64,000 nucleotides of DNA from Malacoraja senta (Eukaryota). Positions 1 through 10,680 of this stretch are shown here, one piece after another (position 1 is the first letter of the stretch; each line of letters starts with the position of its first letter). The stretch covers positions 12,030,001 through 12,094,000 of the forward strand of contig CM075992.1 in assembly GCA_038087875.1 (NCBI GenBank), in the 5' to 3' direction. A model generated the notes under the pieces. That model had not been told where the DNA came from and searched no databases. It worked only from the letters and a program-made list of their open reading frames with translations. Both the position numbers and the translations under genes were made by a program.

Positions 1-267
1 TGGAGCATGGCACAGATCTGGTAAGGTGACAGCGACTGAACTTGCTGTCAGGTTAACCTGTACTGTAATCTTGGGTATTAATATTTAGCAGTATCGGATT
101 GGATGAAAGTTCTCCAAAGAGCATTGGTAAAGATTATGTCTTTATCACTGGTTTTCGTGATAAATCTTTAGACTGTCCATAAATATTTGTAGATTCACAA
201 TGCATATGAGAAGATTTGAAGTCATCCACACAGGGCTGATGGAACACTACGGTAATATCTACATCAA

Positions 268-1290
268 ATGTTTCAAAGGTTTCAAAGGTTCATTTATTGT
301 CACATGCAACTACTTGGTGCAGTGAAATTCAAGTTGCCATTGCAGCACATTAATAAGAATACCACATAACATTAGAAAGGAATTTAACAATAAACATAAA
401 AAACATCCCCCCACAATGTTTCCACTGTGAGGGAAGGCACAAAATCCAATCCCCATCCCCTTGTCCATCCATAGTCGGGCCTATTGAGGCCTCCGCAGTT
501 GCCACTACGGCGGCCCGATATTTCAGGCCCTTCTCGCCGGGTGATGGTGCTCCAGCGTCGGGAGAACCCACTCAGCGGCTTGGGACACCTGGAACGGCCG
601 CTTCCTTACCGGAGACTGTGGCTTCTGAAGCCGTCAGGCCGGGCTGGACAGAGCTCCCACCACTGGCGATCTCGCCGAGAGATCCCAGGCTCCCGATGTT
701 AAAGTCAATGCCTCCACCTGCGGCTGGCCGCTCCACAGACCCGCAGCTCCACGATGTTCACCTGCGGTCTCAGCATTTCGGAGCTCCAGCGCGGCGACCC
801 GGGCAAGGCATCGCCCGCTCCGCTCCGCGATAGCGCTCCAGCGCTGTGCCGCCGCCGAAGCCATGGTTCTGGCCGGTCCCCTCAGGAAACGCCGCTCCAG
901 ACCCGTTGGTAGTCCGCGAGGACGGTCGAGATGCTGCCCGGAGAAAGCCGCCTCTCCGACCAGGTAGGGACTAGGAAAAGCAGTTTCCCCTTCCCCCCCC
1001 CCCCCCCCCCCCACCCCAACATTAAAAAAAGTATAGACCTCAAAACAAAACACTTTTTAACACACTAAAAATAAAAAGAAAGAAGTGAAAAGACAGACAG
1101 CTGCAGGCTGGGCAGCCATACCCAACTGGGTGGTGCCCCCGCTGCACAATCCCCATAATCACTGTCTTTTTGCCCACCTACTGACTTGCGACGGAGAGGC
1201 AGCCACTGCGGACGATCTCCGCAGAGGCACAGATGTGCCCACAGGCTGTGGCAAAGCGATGGCAGAATGTCGTCTGACACACTAGCGAAC
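268..1290 (-). mobile_element. GC-rich non-autonomous retroelement (SINE-like, related to the leader of the Rex1/Babar-like element at 48714)
   Basis: AATAAA plus (TGAAACCTT)n-type tail on the minus strand; body motifs such as gcacagcgctggagcgctatcgcggagcg and tttaacatcg recur at 7290-8303, 37707-38665 and 48714-49120. Confidence 0.6.
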
Positions 1291-1409
1291 AACTGTCTTT
1301 TTAAAATGATTGTTGAGGATCAATGTAGAGGCAAACATGTCCAAATGTAACTATTTATGCACTGCTAGATGTTTCTATGAAAATGGAAATGAATTAAAGA
1401 TAACATCTG

Positions 1410-1992
1410 CTGCAGTTGTATAGGGCCCTAGTAAGACCACACCTGGAGTATTGTGTGCAGTTTTGGTCCCCTAATTTGAGGAAGGACATTCTTGCTATTG
1501 AGGGAGTGCAGCGTAGGTTCAAAAGGTTAATTCCCGGGATGGCGGGACTGTCATGTGCTGAGAGAATGGAGCGGTTGGGTTTGTATATCTGGAGTTTAGA
1601 AGGATGAGAGGGTTTCTTATTGGAACATATAAGATTATTAAGGGTTTGAACACGCTAGAGGAAGGAAACATGTTCCTGATGTTGGGGTAGTCCAGAACCA
1701 GGGCCACCATTTAAGAATAAGGGGTAAGCCATTTAGAATGGAGACGAGGAAACACTTTTCTCACAGAGAGTTGCGAGTCTGTGGAATTCTCTGCCTCAGA
1801 GGGCAGTGGAGGCCGGTTCTCTGGATACTTTCAAGAGAGAGCTAGACAGGGCTCTTAAAGATAGCGGAGTCAGGGGATATTGGAAGAAGGCAGGAACGGG
1901 TACTGATTGGGGATGATCAGCCATGATCACATTGAATGGCTGGCTCGAAGGGCCGGATGGCCTATTCCTACACCTATTGTCTATTGTCTATT
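1410..1992 (+). mobile_element. CR1/HER1-type LINE 3' fragment
   Basis: [22 protein letters not shown]-terminus and (CTATTGT)n tail. Confidence 0.9.
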
Positions 1993-2152
1993 ATCAAGAA
2001 AATATTATTTCAATAAACCACTGTCTTAATCGGAATAATGTGGCTTTTTCTTTTCTTGGAAGGTCAATGGAGGATTTTTATTATCACTGTGTTGAAACTT
2101 GCTGAAAAGTTTTCAAGTATCAATCCTGATCTGGGCCAGTAGAAGAAAATTG

Positions 2153-2550
2153 AAAGATTAAACGAGAACTTACCATTTGAAGTTTGATCTTAATTTTATG
2201 AGAAGTTGAAGTGAAGGATTATGTGAAGAGCCCGCCAGCCCGCATGCGGGCAATCTGCAAAGTAGCTGCATGAAACCACAAAATAGTTGCTGACCTAAGC
2301 TATTAGAAGATTAAAGAGCTAGAACTACCGAATGATCTTTATGAGAATAGGGTTGGGAGTGGAGGGCACGTAATCTCTCACTTCAACTTCTCATAAAATA
2401 AAGATCAAACTTCAAACGGTAAGTTCTCGTTTAATCTTTCTAATTTATTTCGAGGTCACGTGAGTGACTACGTGAAGATTTTGAAGCTCTGTGGTTTCAT
2501 GCAGTGACACAATCTGTGTGAAACACTAAAACAGATAAACCATTAATGGT
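2153..2550 (-). mobile_element. DIRS1-type terminal fragment (right ITR/extension plus internal complementary region); shorter mirror remnant at about 6379-6430
   Basis: About 70 bp inverted repeat 2153-2225 vs 2368-2440, then gtcacgtgagtgactacgtgaag; colinear with 24310-24650 of the full DIRS element. Confidence 0.8.
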
Positions 2551-3203
2551 AGGAAAAACATGCGTTATTAATATCATGATGCTAAAGGCTCTGTCCCACG
2601 GGTTTGCGGTCGTTGGCGGTGAAGCGCGGCATCGCCGGAAGAGGGGACCGCACGGCAACCACGAGAGCGCCGCACGGATGCTGCGCGGGGGACCAAGTAC
2701 GGCCGGTTCAACGAGCTTGCGGTTTCGGCTGATGACGTCTTTCGGATCGCGGGGCTGTGGCGGCGGCCGTGCCGCACACGTGCCTCACTGGCGGAGGCTG
2801 TGGCGGTGCAGGTTCGACTCACGGCGCTCGTGCCTCACTGGCGGCGGCTGTGGCGGCGGCCGTGCCGCACTCGTGCCTCACTGGCGGCAGCTGTGCGGTA
2901 GGAACATATTTTTGGACGGTGTTGTTTTTTTTTTAGCACCGTTGGGAACAACGCCGCACAGCCCCGGAATTGTGCGTTTGACCGAGCCCGCGGTCTCTGG
3001 CGGCCCAAGAGCGGTAGATAGTTCCTGTTTCACCGCCAATGACCGCAGACTCGTGAGACGGGCCTTTTACTTGCACACATGGTCATTGTTCTAAACTGGA
3101 CCGTAGTCCCAATAGACTGTTGAGTTAGACAATAACTGATGCAAAACTGTGCATAATACTATCTGCAAATATCCAGACATATTTCACCAAATTTTATAAT
3201 TTA

Positions 3204-4567
3204 CTAGACCAAGTGCAGACCCACTGAGTCTGTTCCCCCCAATGCGCAGTGGCGACAGGGGGGGGTGCTGTGGCTTCACATGCATACTAACCACCCCACA
3301 CACACACATGGGGGGTGGGGGTAGGGGGGGAGAGGGGTATAGGGGAGAAGGGGTGGGCGAGGGGAGGCTGCTGGGTCCCGTTCCTCAACGTGCCATTGCG
3401 GGGGGTGGCTGCGGGCTTTAAACGCACATTAACCACCTGCCATAGACACAGGGTGGTGAGGGGGGGGGGTAGGGAGATGGGAGGGGAGACGGGGAGAGGG
3501 AGAGGGAGGGGAAAGGGGGAGAGAGGGGAAAGAGAGAGGAGGATGAGAGAGAGAGGGGGAGAGAGAGGGGGAGGGCAAGGAGGGGGCAAGAGAGTAGAGG
3601 GGAGAGAGGAGGTGGGGAAAGAGCAGGTGTGGAGAAAGGAGGTGGAGTGGGGGAAAGAGAGGGGAGGAAAGGGAGGGGGGTAGAGGGGAGGGGGGTTGGA
3701 GGAGGCGATAAGGGGAGGGGGGTGGAGGGGGGAGAGGGGGGTTGGTGGGGGGTAGAGGGGTGGAGGAGAGTTGGAGGAGGGGAGGAAGGAGGGTGGAGGG
3801 GGGATGGGTGGGTGGAGAGAGGGGAGAGGGAGGACGGGAGGGAGCAGGAGAGGGGTAGATGGAGAGGAGGGTGGAGAGGGGGAGGGTAAGGGGGAGGGAG
3901 AGAGGGGAAGGGAGAGAGGGGTGGGGAGGGGGAGGGGGGAGAGCTGGGAGGGGAGGAGCAGAGAGGGGAGGGAGGAAGGAGAAGGAGAGAGGAGGGAGGG
4001 CGCAGAGGAGGATGGAGAGGGGGCAGGGGGGAGAAAGGAGAGAGTAGGAGGAGGAGAGGAGAGGGGGAGTGAGGGGAGGGGAAGAGGGTGAGGGGAGAGG
4101 AGGGGAGAGGAGGGGGGAGAAGGGGAGGAGAGGTGGGAGAGAGGTTGGAGGTGGAGAGAGTGGGGGGGAGAGAGAGAAGGGGTGAGAAGGGGAGAGGGGG
4201 GAAAGGGAGAGGCGGAAAGGGAGAGGGGGGAAAGGGGAGAGGGGGAGAGAGTGGAGGGAGAGGGAAAAGGGGGAGAGAGAGAAGGTGAGGGAGAGAAGGG
4301 AGTGGAAGGGAGAGGGAGAGAAGGGAGAGGGAGAGAAGGGAGAGGGACGGAAGGGAGCGGGGAGAGAAGGAGAGGGAGAAGGGGGGATTGGGGAAAGGCA
4401 AGGGTGGAGGGAGGGAGGGAGGGCTGGGAGGGGAGAGAGAGATTGGGGGAGGGAGAGAGAGAGATTAGAGGGAAGAGAGAGAGTAGAGAGAGTGGATAAG
4501 AGTGGAGATAGAGGAGTAGAGGTGAAGAGGGGAGAGAATGAAGAGGAAAAGGTGGTATTGAATTATG
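3204..4567 (-). mobile_element. Helitron-like non-autonomous element 3' end with a GA-rich low-complexity body
   Basis: Minus strand ends in a short hairpin (cagac..gtctg, 3216-3232) followed by cacttggtCTAG then T, the Helitron 3' signature. Confidence 0.55.
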
Positions 4568-4767
4568 NNNNNNNNNNNNNNNNNNNNNNNNNNNNNNNNN
4601 NNNNNNNNNNNNNNNNNNNNNNNNNNNNNNNNNNNNNNNNNNNNNNNNNNNNNNNNNNNNNNNNNNNNNNNNNNNNNNNNNNNNNNNNNNNNNNNNNNNN
4701 NNNNNNNNNNNNNNNNNNNNNNNNNNNNNNNNNNNNNNNNNNNNNNNNNNNNNNNNNNNNNNNNNNN
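4568..4767. other. Assembly gap (200 N)
   Basis: Run of exactly 200 N. Confidence 1.
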
Positions 4768-6160
4768 ACTCTCTCTCCCCTCTACTCTCACTCTCTCCAC
4801 TCTAATCCCTCCCCTTCCCTCTACTCTCGCTTCCCTCTAATCTATCTCTCCCCTCTAAACTCTCTCTCCCCCTTCTCTCTCCCCCCCTTTTCCCTCTCCC
4901 CTCCCACTCTCGCCCTCTCCACTCTCCCTCCAATCTCCTTTCCCCCCCTCTCCCCTTTCCCACCCTCTCCCCTTTCCCCCCCTCTCCCCTTTCCCCCCCT
5001 CTCCCCTTTCCCCCCTCTCCCCTTCCCCCCCTCTCCCCTTTCCCCCCTCTCCCCTTTCCCCCCCTCTCCCCTTTCCCCCCTCTCCCCTTTCCCCCCCTCT
5101 CCCCCTTCGCTCTCCCCTCTTCTCTCTCTCCCCCCACTCTCTCCCCTCCAACCTCTCCCTCTCCTCTCTCCCCTCCAACCTCTCTCCACCTCTCCCCCCC
5201 TTCTCCCCCCTCCTCTCCCCTCACGCTCTTCCCCTCCCCTCACTCCCCCCTCTCCTCTCCCCTCCCTACCCTCTCCTTTCTCCCCCTCCCCCTCTCCATC
5301 TCCTCTGCCTCCTCCCTCCCCTCTCCTTCCTCCCTCCCCCTCTCCCCCTCCTCCTTCCTCCCTCCCCCTCTCTCTGCTCCTCCCCTCCCCTCCCCGCTCT
5401 CCTCCCCCTCCCCCTCCCACCCCCTCTCTCCCTTCCCCTCTCTCCCCCCCTTACCCTCCCCTTCCCCTTATCCTCCCCCACTCCCTCCCTCTCCATCTCC
5501 CCCTCTCCTGCTCCCGCCCTCCCTCTCCCCTCTCTCCACCCCACCCATCTCCCTCCACCCTCCTTCTCCCCTCCTCCAACCCTCCTCTACCCCTCTACCC
5601 CCCACCAACCCCCCTCCAACCCCCCTCCCCCCTCCCCCCCTCCCCCCTCCCCCCTTATCCCCTCCTCCAACCCCCCCTCCCCTCCTACCCCGCCCTTTCC
5701 CCCCTCTCTTCCCCCCCCACTCCACCTCCTTTCTCCACACCTCCTCTTTCCCCACCTCCTCTCTCCCCTCTACTCTCTTTGCCCCTCCTTGCCTCCCCCC
5801 TCTCTCTCCCCCTCTCTCTCTCATCCTCCTCTCCCTTTCCCCCTCCTCTCCCTCTCCCCGTCTCCCCTCCCATCTCCCCCTACCCCCCCCCCTCACCACC
5901 CTGTGTGCATGGCAGGTGGTTAATGTGCGTTGAAGCCACAGCCAACCCCCCCCCTCCCACCCCGCAACGGCACGTTGAGGGAACGGGACCCAGCGGCCTC
6001 CCCTCCCTCCCCTCGCCCACCACTTCTCCCCTATACCACTCTCACCCCCTCCCCCATGTGTGTGTGTGGGTGGTTAGTGTGCATGTGAAGCCCGCAGCAT
6101 CCCCCCCCTGTCCTCATTGCGCGTTGGGGGAACAGACCAGCGGGTCGGCACTTGGTCTAG
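4768..6160 (+). mobile_element. Mirror copy of the Helitron-like element (CT-rich body, CTAG end at 6157-6160)
   Basis: gaccagcgggtc hairpin then cacttggtctag|t. Confidence 0.55.
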
Positions 6161-6589
6161 TAAATTATAAATTTGGTGGAATATGTCTGGATATTTGCAG
6201 ATAGTATTATGCACAGTGTTGCATCAGTTATTGTCTAACTCAACAGTCTATTGGGACTACGGTCCAGTTTAGAACAATGGCCATGTATGCAAGTAAAAGG
6301 CCTGTCTCACGAGTCTGCGGTCATTGGCGGCGAAACAGGAACTATCTACCGCTCCTGGGCCGCCAGAGACCGCGGTAAAATAAAATAAAGATCAAACTTC
6401 AAATGGTAAGTTCTCGTTTAATCTTTCTATTTTCTTCTACTGGCCCATATCAGGATTGATACTTGAAAACATTTCAGCCAGTTTCAACACAGTGATAATA
6501 AAAAATCCTCCATTGACCTTCCAAGAAAAGAAAAAGCCACATTACTCCGATTAAGACAGTGGTTTATTGAAATAATATTTTCTTGATAA

Positions 6590-7172
6590 TAGACAATAGA
6601 CAATAGGTGTAGGAATAGGCCATTCGGCCCTTCGAGCCAGCATTCAATGTGATCATGGCTGATCATCCCCAATCAGTACCCCGTTCCTGCCTTCTTCCAA
6701 TATCCCCTGACTCCGCTATCTTTAAGAGCCCTGTCTAGCTCTCTCTTGAAAGTATCCAGAGAACCGGCCTCCACCGCCCTCTGAGGCAGAGAATTCCACA
6801 GACTCACAACTCTCTGTGAGAAAAGGTGTTTCCTCGTCTCCATTCTAAATGGCTTACCCCTTATTCTTAAACTGTGGCCCCTGGTTCTGGACTCCCCCAA
6901 CATCAGGAACATGTTTCCTGCCTCTAGCGTGTTCAAACCCTTAATAATCTTATATGTTCCAATAAGATTCCCTCTTATCCTTCTAAACTCCAGATTATAC
7001 AAACCAACCGCTCCATTCTCTCAGCACATGACAGTCCCGCCATCCCGGGAATTACCTTTTGAACCTACGCTGCACTCCCTCAATAGCAAGAATGTCCTTC
7101 CTCAAATTAGGGGACCAAAACTGCACACAATACTCCAGGTGTGGTCTCACTAGGGCCCTATACAACTGCAGC
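6590..7172 (-). mobile_element. CR1/HER1-type LINE 3' fragment (mirror copy)
   Basis: ORF 6673..7002 contains RGHSLRIRG...FSQRVVSLWNSLP. Confidence 0.9.
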
Positions 7173-7289
7173 AGATGTTATCTTTAATTCATTGCCATTT
7201 TCATAGAAAGATCTTGCAGTGCATAAATAGTTACATTTGGACATGTTTGCCTCTACATTGATCCTCAACAATCATTTTTAAAAAGACAG

Positions 7290-8303
7290 TTGTTCGCTAG
7301 TGTGTCAGACGACATTCTGCCATCGCTTTGCCACAGCCTGTGCCACATCTGTGCCTCTGCGGGAGATCGTCCGCAGTGGATGCCTCTCCGCCGCAAGTCA
7401 GTAGGTGGGCAAAAAGACAGGATTACGGGGATTGTGCAGCGGGGGCACCACCCAGTTGGGTATGGCTGCCCAGCCTGCAGCTGTCTGTCTTTTCACTTCT
7501 TTCTTTTATTTTTAGTGTGTTAAAAAGTGTTTTGTTTGGAGGTCTATACTTTTTTTAATGTTGGGGGTGGGGGGGTGAAGGGGAAACTGCTTTTCCTAGT
7601 CCCTACCTGGTCGGAGAGGCGGCTTTTCTCCGGGCAGCATCTCGACCCATCCTCGCGGACTACCAACGGGTCTGGAGCGGCGTTTCCTGAGGGGACCGGC
7701 CAGAACCACGGCTTCGGCGGCGGCACAGCGCTGGAGCGCTATCGCGGAGCGGAGCGGGCGATGCCTTGCCCGGGTCGCCGCGCTGGAGCTCCGAAATGCT
7801 GAGACCGCAGGTGAACATCGTGGAGCTGCGGGTCTGTGGAGCGGCCAGCCGCGGGTGGCGGCGCTGACTTTAACATCGGGAGCCTGGGATCTCTCGGCGA
7901 GATTGCCAGTGGTGGAGCTCCGTCCAGCGCGGCCTGACGGCTTCAGAAGCCACGGTCTCCGGTAAGGAAGCGGCCGTTCCAGGTGTCCAAGCCGCTGAGT
8001 GGGTTCTCCCGACGCTGGAGCACCATCACCCGGCGAGAAGGGCCTGAAATATCGGGCTACCGTAGTGGCAACTGCGGAGGCCTCAATAGGCCCGACTATG
8101 GATGGACAAGGGGATGGGGATTGGATTTTGTGCCTTCCTCACCGTGGAAACCTTTGTGGGGGGATGTTTTTATGTTTATTGTTAAATTCCTTTATAATGT
8201 TATGTGGTATTCTTATTAATGTGCTGCAATGGCAACTTGAATTTCACTGCACCAAGTTGTTGCATGTGACAATAAATGAACCTTTGAAACCTTTGAAACA
8301 TTT
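7290..8303 (+). mobile_element. Mirror copy of the GC-rich non-autonomous element
   Basis: Reverse complement of 268-1290. Confidence 0.6.
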
Positions 8304-8700
8304 GATGTAGATATTACCGTAGTGTTCCATCAGCCCTGAGTGGATGACTTCAAATCTTCTCATATGCATTGTGAATCTTCAAATATTTATGGACAGTCTA
8401 AAGATTTATCACGAAAACCAGTGATAAAGGACATAATCTTTACCAATGCTCTTTGGAGAACTTTCATCAATCCGATACTGCTAAATATTAATACCCAAGA
8501 TTACAGCACAGGTTAACCTGACAGCAAGTTCAGTCGCTGTCACCTTACCAGATCTGTGCCGTGCTCCAAGGCCCCTCTGTTCCTCCGACCTGCCATTCAT
8601 GGTTGATGTCCTATCCTCATTAGTGGTTCCGAAACGCATCAGCTCACATTTTACTGAATTAAACAGACATTCTCTCTGTTTCATATTTTTCCAAACTTAC

Positions 8701-8760
8701 CAGAATAATCACACAGACCAGGAAAGCCAGAGAAATCCCGACTTTAGATCCAACCAAGAA
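8701..8760 (-). pseudogene. Damaged ADGRE-like ECL2/TM5 exon (60 bp): (Y)SWLDLKSGFLW, then frameshift; AFL--VCVIIL lies in a shifted frame
   Basis: Acceptor ctttccccag, donor gtaagt. It matches the family CWL...GF.W.FLGPVCVIIL exon but lacks the GP codons and one base, giving an in-frame TGA. Confidence 0.8.
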
Positions 8761-8954
8761 CTGGGGAAAGAGTAAAAAAATGTTGTTTCCAAATGACACT
8801 GTAAAATGTTTACACTTTGAACACACATGCACACACACGTGTACAGGTATGTTCCCACACCAGTAACATTACTGCTCAGACAGCCTCCCTGCCACGTGTG
8901 AGGCTCGGCAGGAATCGACTACTCCCGTCATGGGTACATTGCTACCTCACTTCT

Positions 8955-10055
8955 GTTTGTTGATTTAGTTCTGCATTCAACACCATTGTGCCAGAGCTAC
9001 TACACTTCAAACCTTCTGAGTTGACTGTGCCTGAACCCCTTTGTAAGTGGATCACCAACTTCCTGACAGACAGGAAGCAGCATGTGAGGCTGGGAAAGCA
9101 CATCTCGGACCCGCAAACACTCAGCATAGGAGCACCGCAAGGCTGCGTACTCTCTCCTCTACTCTACTCTCTCTACACCAATGACTGCACCTCCACAGAC
9201 TCCTCTGTCAAGCTTCTCAAGTTTGCGGACGACACAACCCTGATTGGACTGATCCAGGATGGGGAGGAATCTGCCTACAGACAGGAAGTGTCACAGCTGG
9301 CGTCCTGGTGCCGTCGCAACAACCTGGAGCCCAATGCTCTTAAGACAGTGGAAGTGATTGTAGACTTTAGGAGAGCTCCCCCTCCCCTCACCCCACTCAC
9401 CATCAACAACACCACAGGCACATCTGTGGAGTCTTTTAAGTTCCTGGGAACCATCATCTCCAAGGACCTTAAGTGGGGGCTACCATCGTTGTGCCAGTCA
9501 AAAAGGCACAACAGAGGATGTACTTCCTGCGGCAGCTGAGGAAGCACAATCTACCACAGGCAATGATGGTTCAATTCTACACGGCCTTCATAGAGTCTGT
9601 TCTCACTTTCTCCATCATGGTCTGGTTTGGCTCAGCCACCAAGCACGACACCTGGAGGCTGCAGCGAATCGTCCGATCAGCAGAGAAGATTATTGGCTGC
9701 AACCTTCCCTCCATAAATGAACTGCACACTGCAAGGGCCAGGAAGCAAGCGGGCAAGATCATCTCTGACCCCTCTCAACCTGGCCACAAACTCTTTGAAT
9801 GAATTCCTTCGGGAAGGCGACTCTGGACTGTCAAAGCTGCCACAGCCAGACATAAAAACTGTTTTTATCCACCAGTAGTTGCTCTACTCAACAGCCAAAA
9901 ATCTGTAGCCTCCTTTGATCTGGTATTTTGTTGGTTCACATGCTTGATCAATGGTGTTTTATCATTAATGTTTTATTATTATTAATGTTTAGTGTTTTCT
10001 GAGTCATTCGTAACTGTCATGTATGTCATGTTGTAACTTGTGGGCGGATGGCAAG
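8955..10055 (+). mobile_element. Rex1/Babar-clade LINE, 5'-truncated RT and 3' end
   Basis: DFSSAFNTI...GAPQGCVLSPLLYSLYTNDC...KFADDTTLIGLI (ORFs 8988..9539 and 9473..9802, frameshifted). Confidence 0.85.
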
Positions 10056-10059
10056 GCAA

Positions 10060-10680
10060 ATGGCATGATGGCCTTCATAGCGAGCAGATTTGAGTATAGG
10101 AGCAAGTTGGTTCTACAGCAGTTGTACAGGGCCATGGTGTATCGTGTGCAGTTTTGGCCTCCTAATTTGAGGAAGGACATTCTATAGAGGGAATGCAGTG
10201 TAGGTTCACCAGGTTAATTCCCAGGATGGCGGGACTGACAAATGATGAAAGATTGGATCGACTGGGCTTATATTCACTGGAATTTAGAAGGATGAGAGGG
10301 TATCTTATATAAAATTCTTAAGGGATTGGACAGGCTAGATCCAGGAAAAATGTTCCCGATGTTTGAGGAGTCCAGAACCAGTGGTCACAGTTTAAGAAAA
10401 GGAGGTAGGCCATTTAGGACTGAGATGAGGAAAGACTTTTTCATCCAGAGAGTTGTGAATTCATGGCATTCTCTGCTACAAATGTCAGTGAAGGCCAATT
10501 CACTGGATGTATTCAAGAGAGAGTTGGATATAGGTCTTAGAGCTAATGGAATGAAGGGATATGGGGAGAAAGCAGGGATGGGGTACTGATTCTGGATGAT
10601 CAGCCATGCTCATATTGAATGGCAGTGCTGGCTTGAAGGGCTGAATGGCCTACTCCTGCACCTCTTTTCTATGTTTCTAG
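10060..10680 (+). mobile_element. CR1 3' fragment
   Basis: ORF 10326..10589 and a ttctatgtttcta tail. Confidence 0.85.

Larger units (their letters stand above)
1..8568. repeat. Large inverted duplication: 1-4567 is the reverse complement of 4768-8568, centred on the gap
   Basis: Position 1 tggagcatggcacagatctgg pairs with ccagatctgtgccgtgctcca ending at 8568; the ORF track is mirrored (350..571 vs 7999..8310; 1065..1292 vs 7290..7523). Three differences in the first 120 bp. Confidence 0.95.

Noticed and set aside
3287..6204. Long Pro/Ser/Leu and Gly/Arg/Glu ORFs, including the 639-aa and 327-aa ones
   Set aside because: They arise from stop-free G/A and C/T low-complexity DNA, and the longest reads through the N gap.
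8310..8480. AG..GT-bounded stretch as the TM5/ICL3 exon
   Set aside because: No frame gives a hydrophobic TM5-like peptide.
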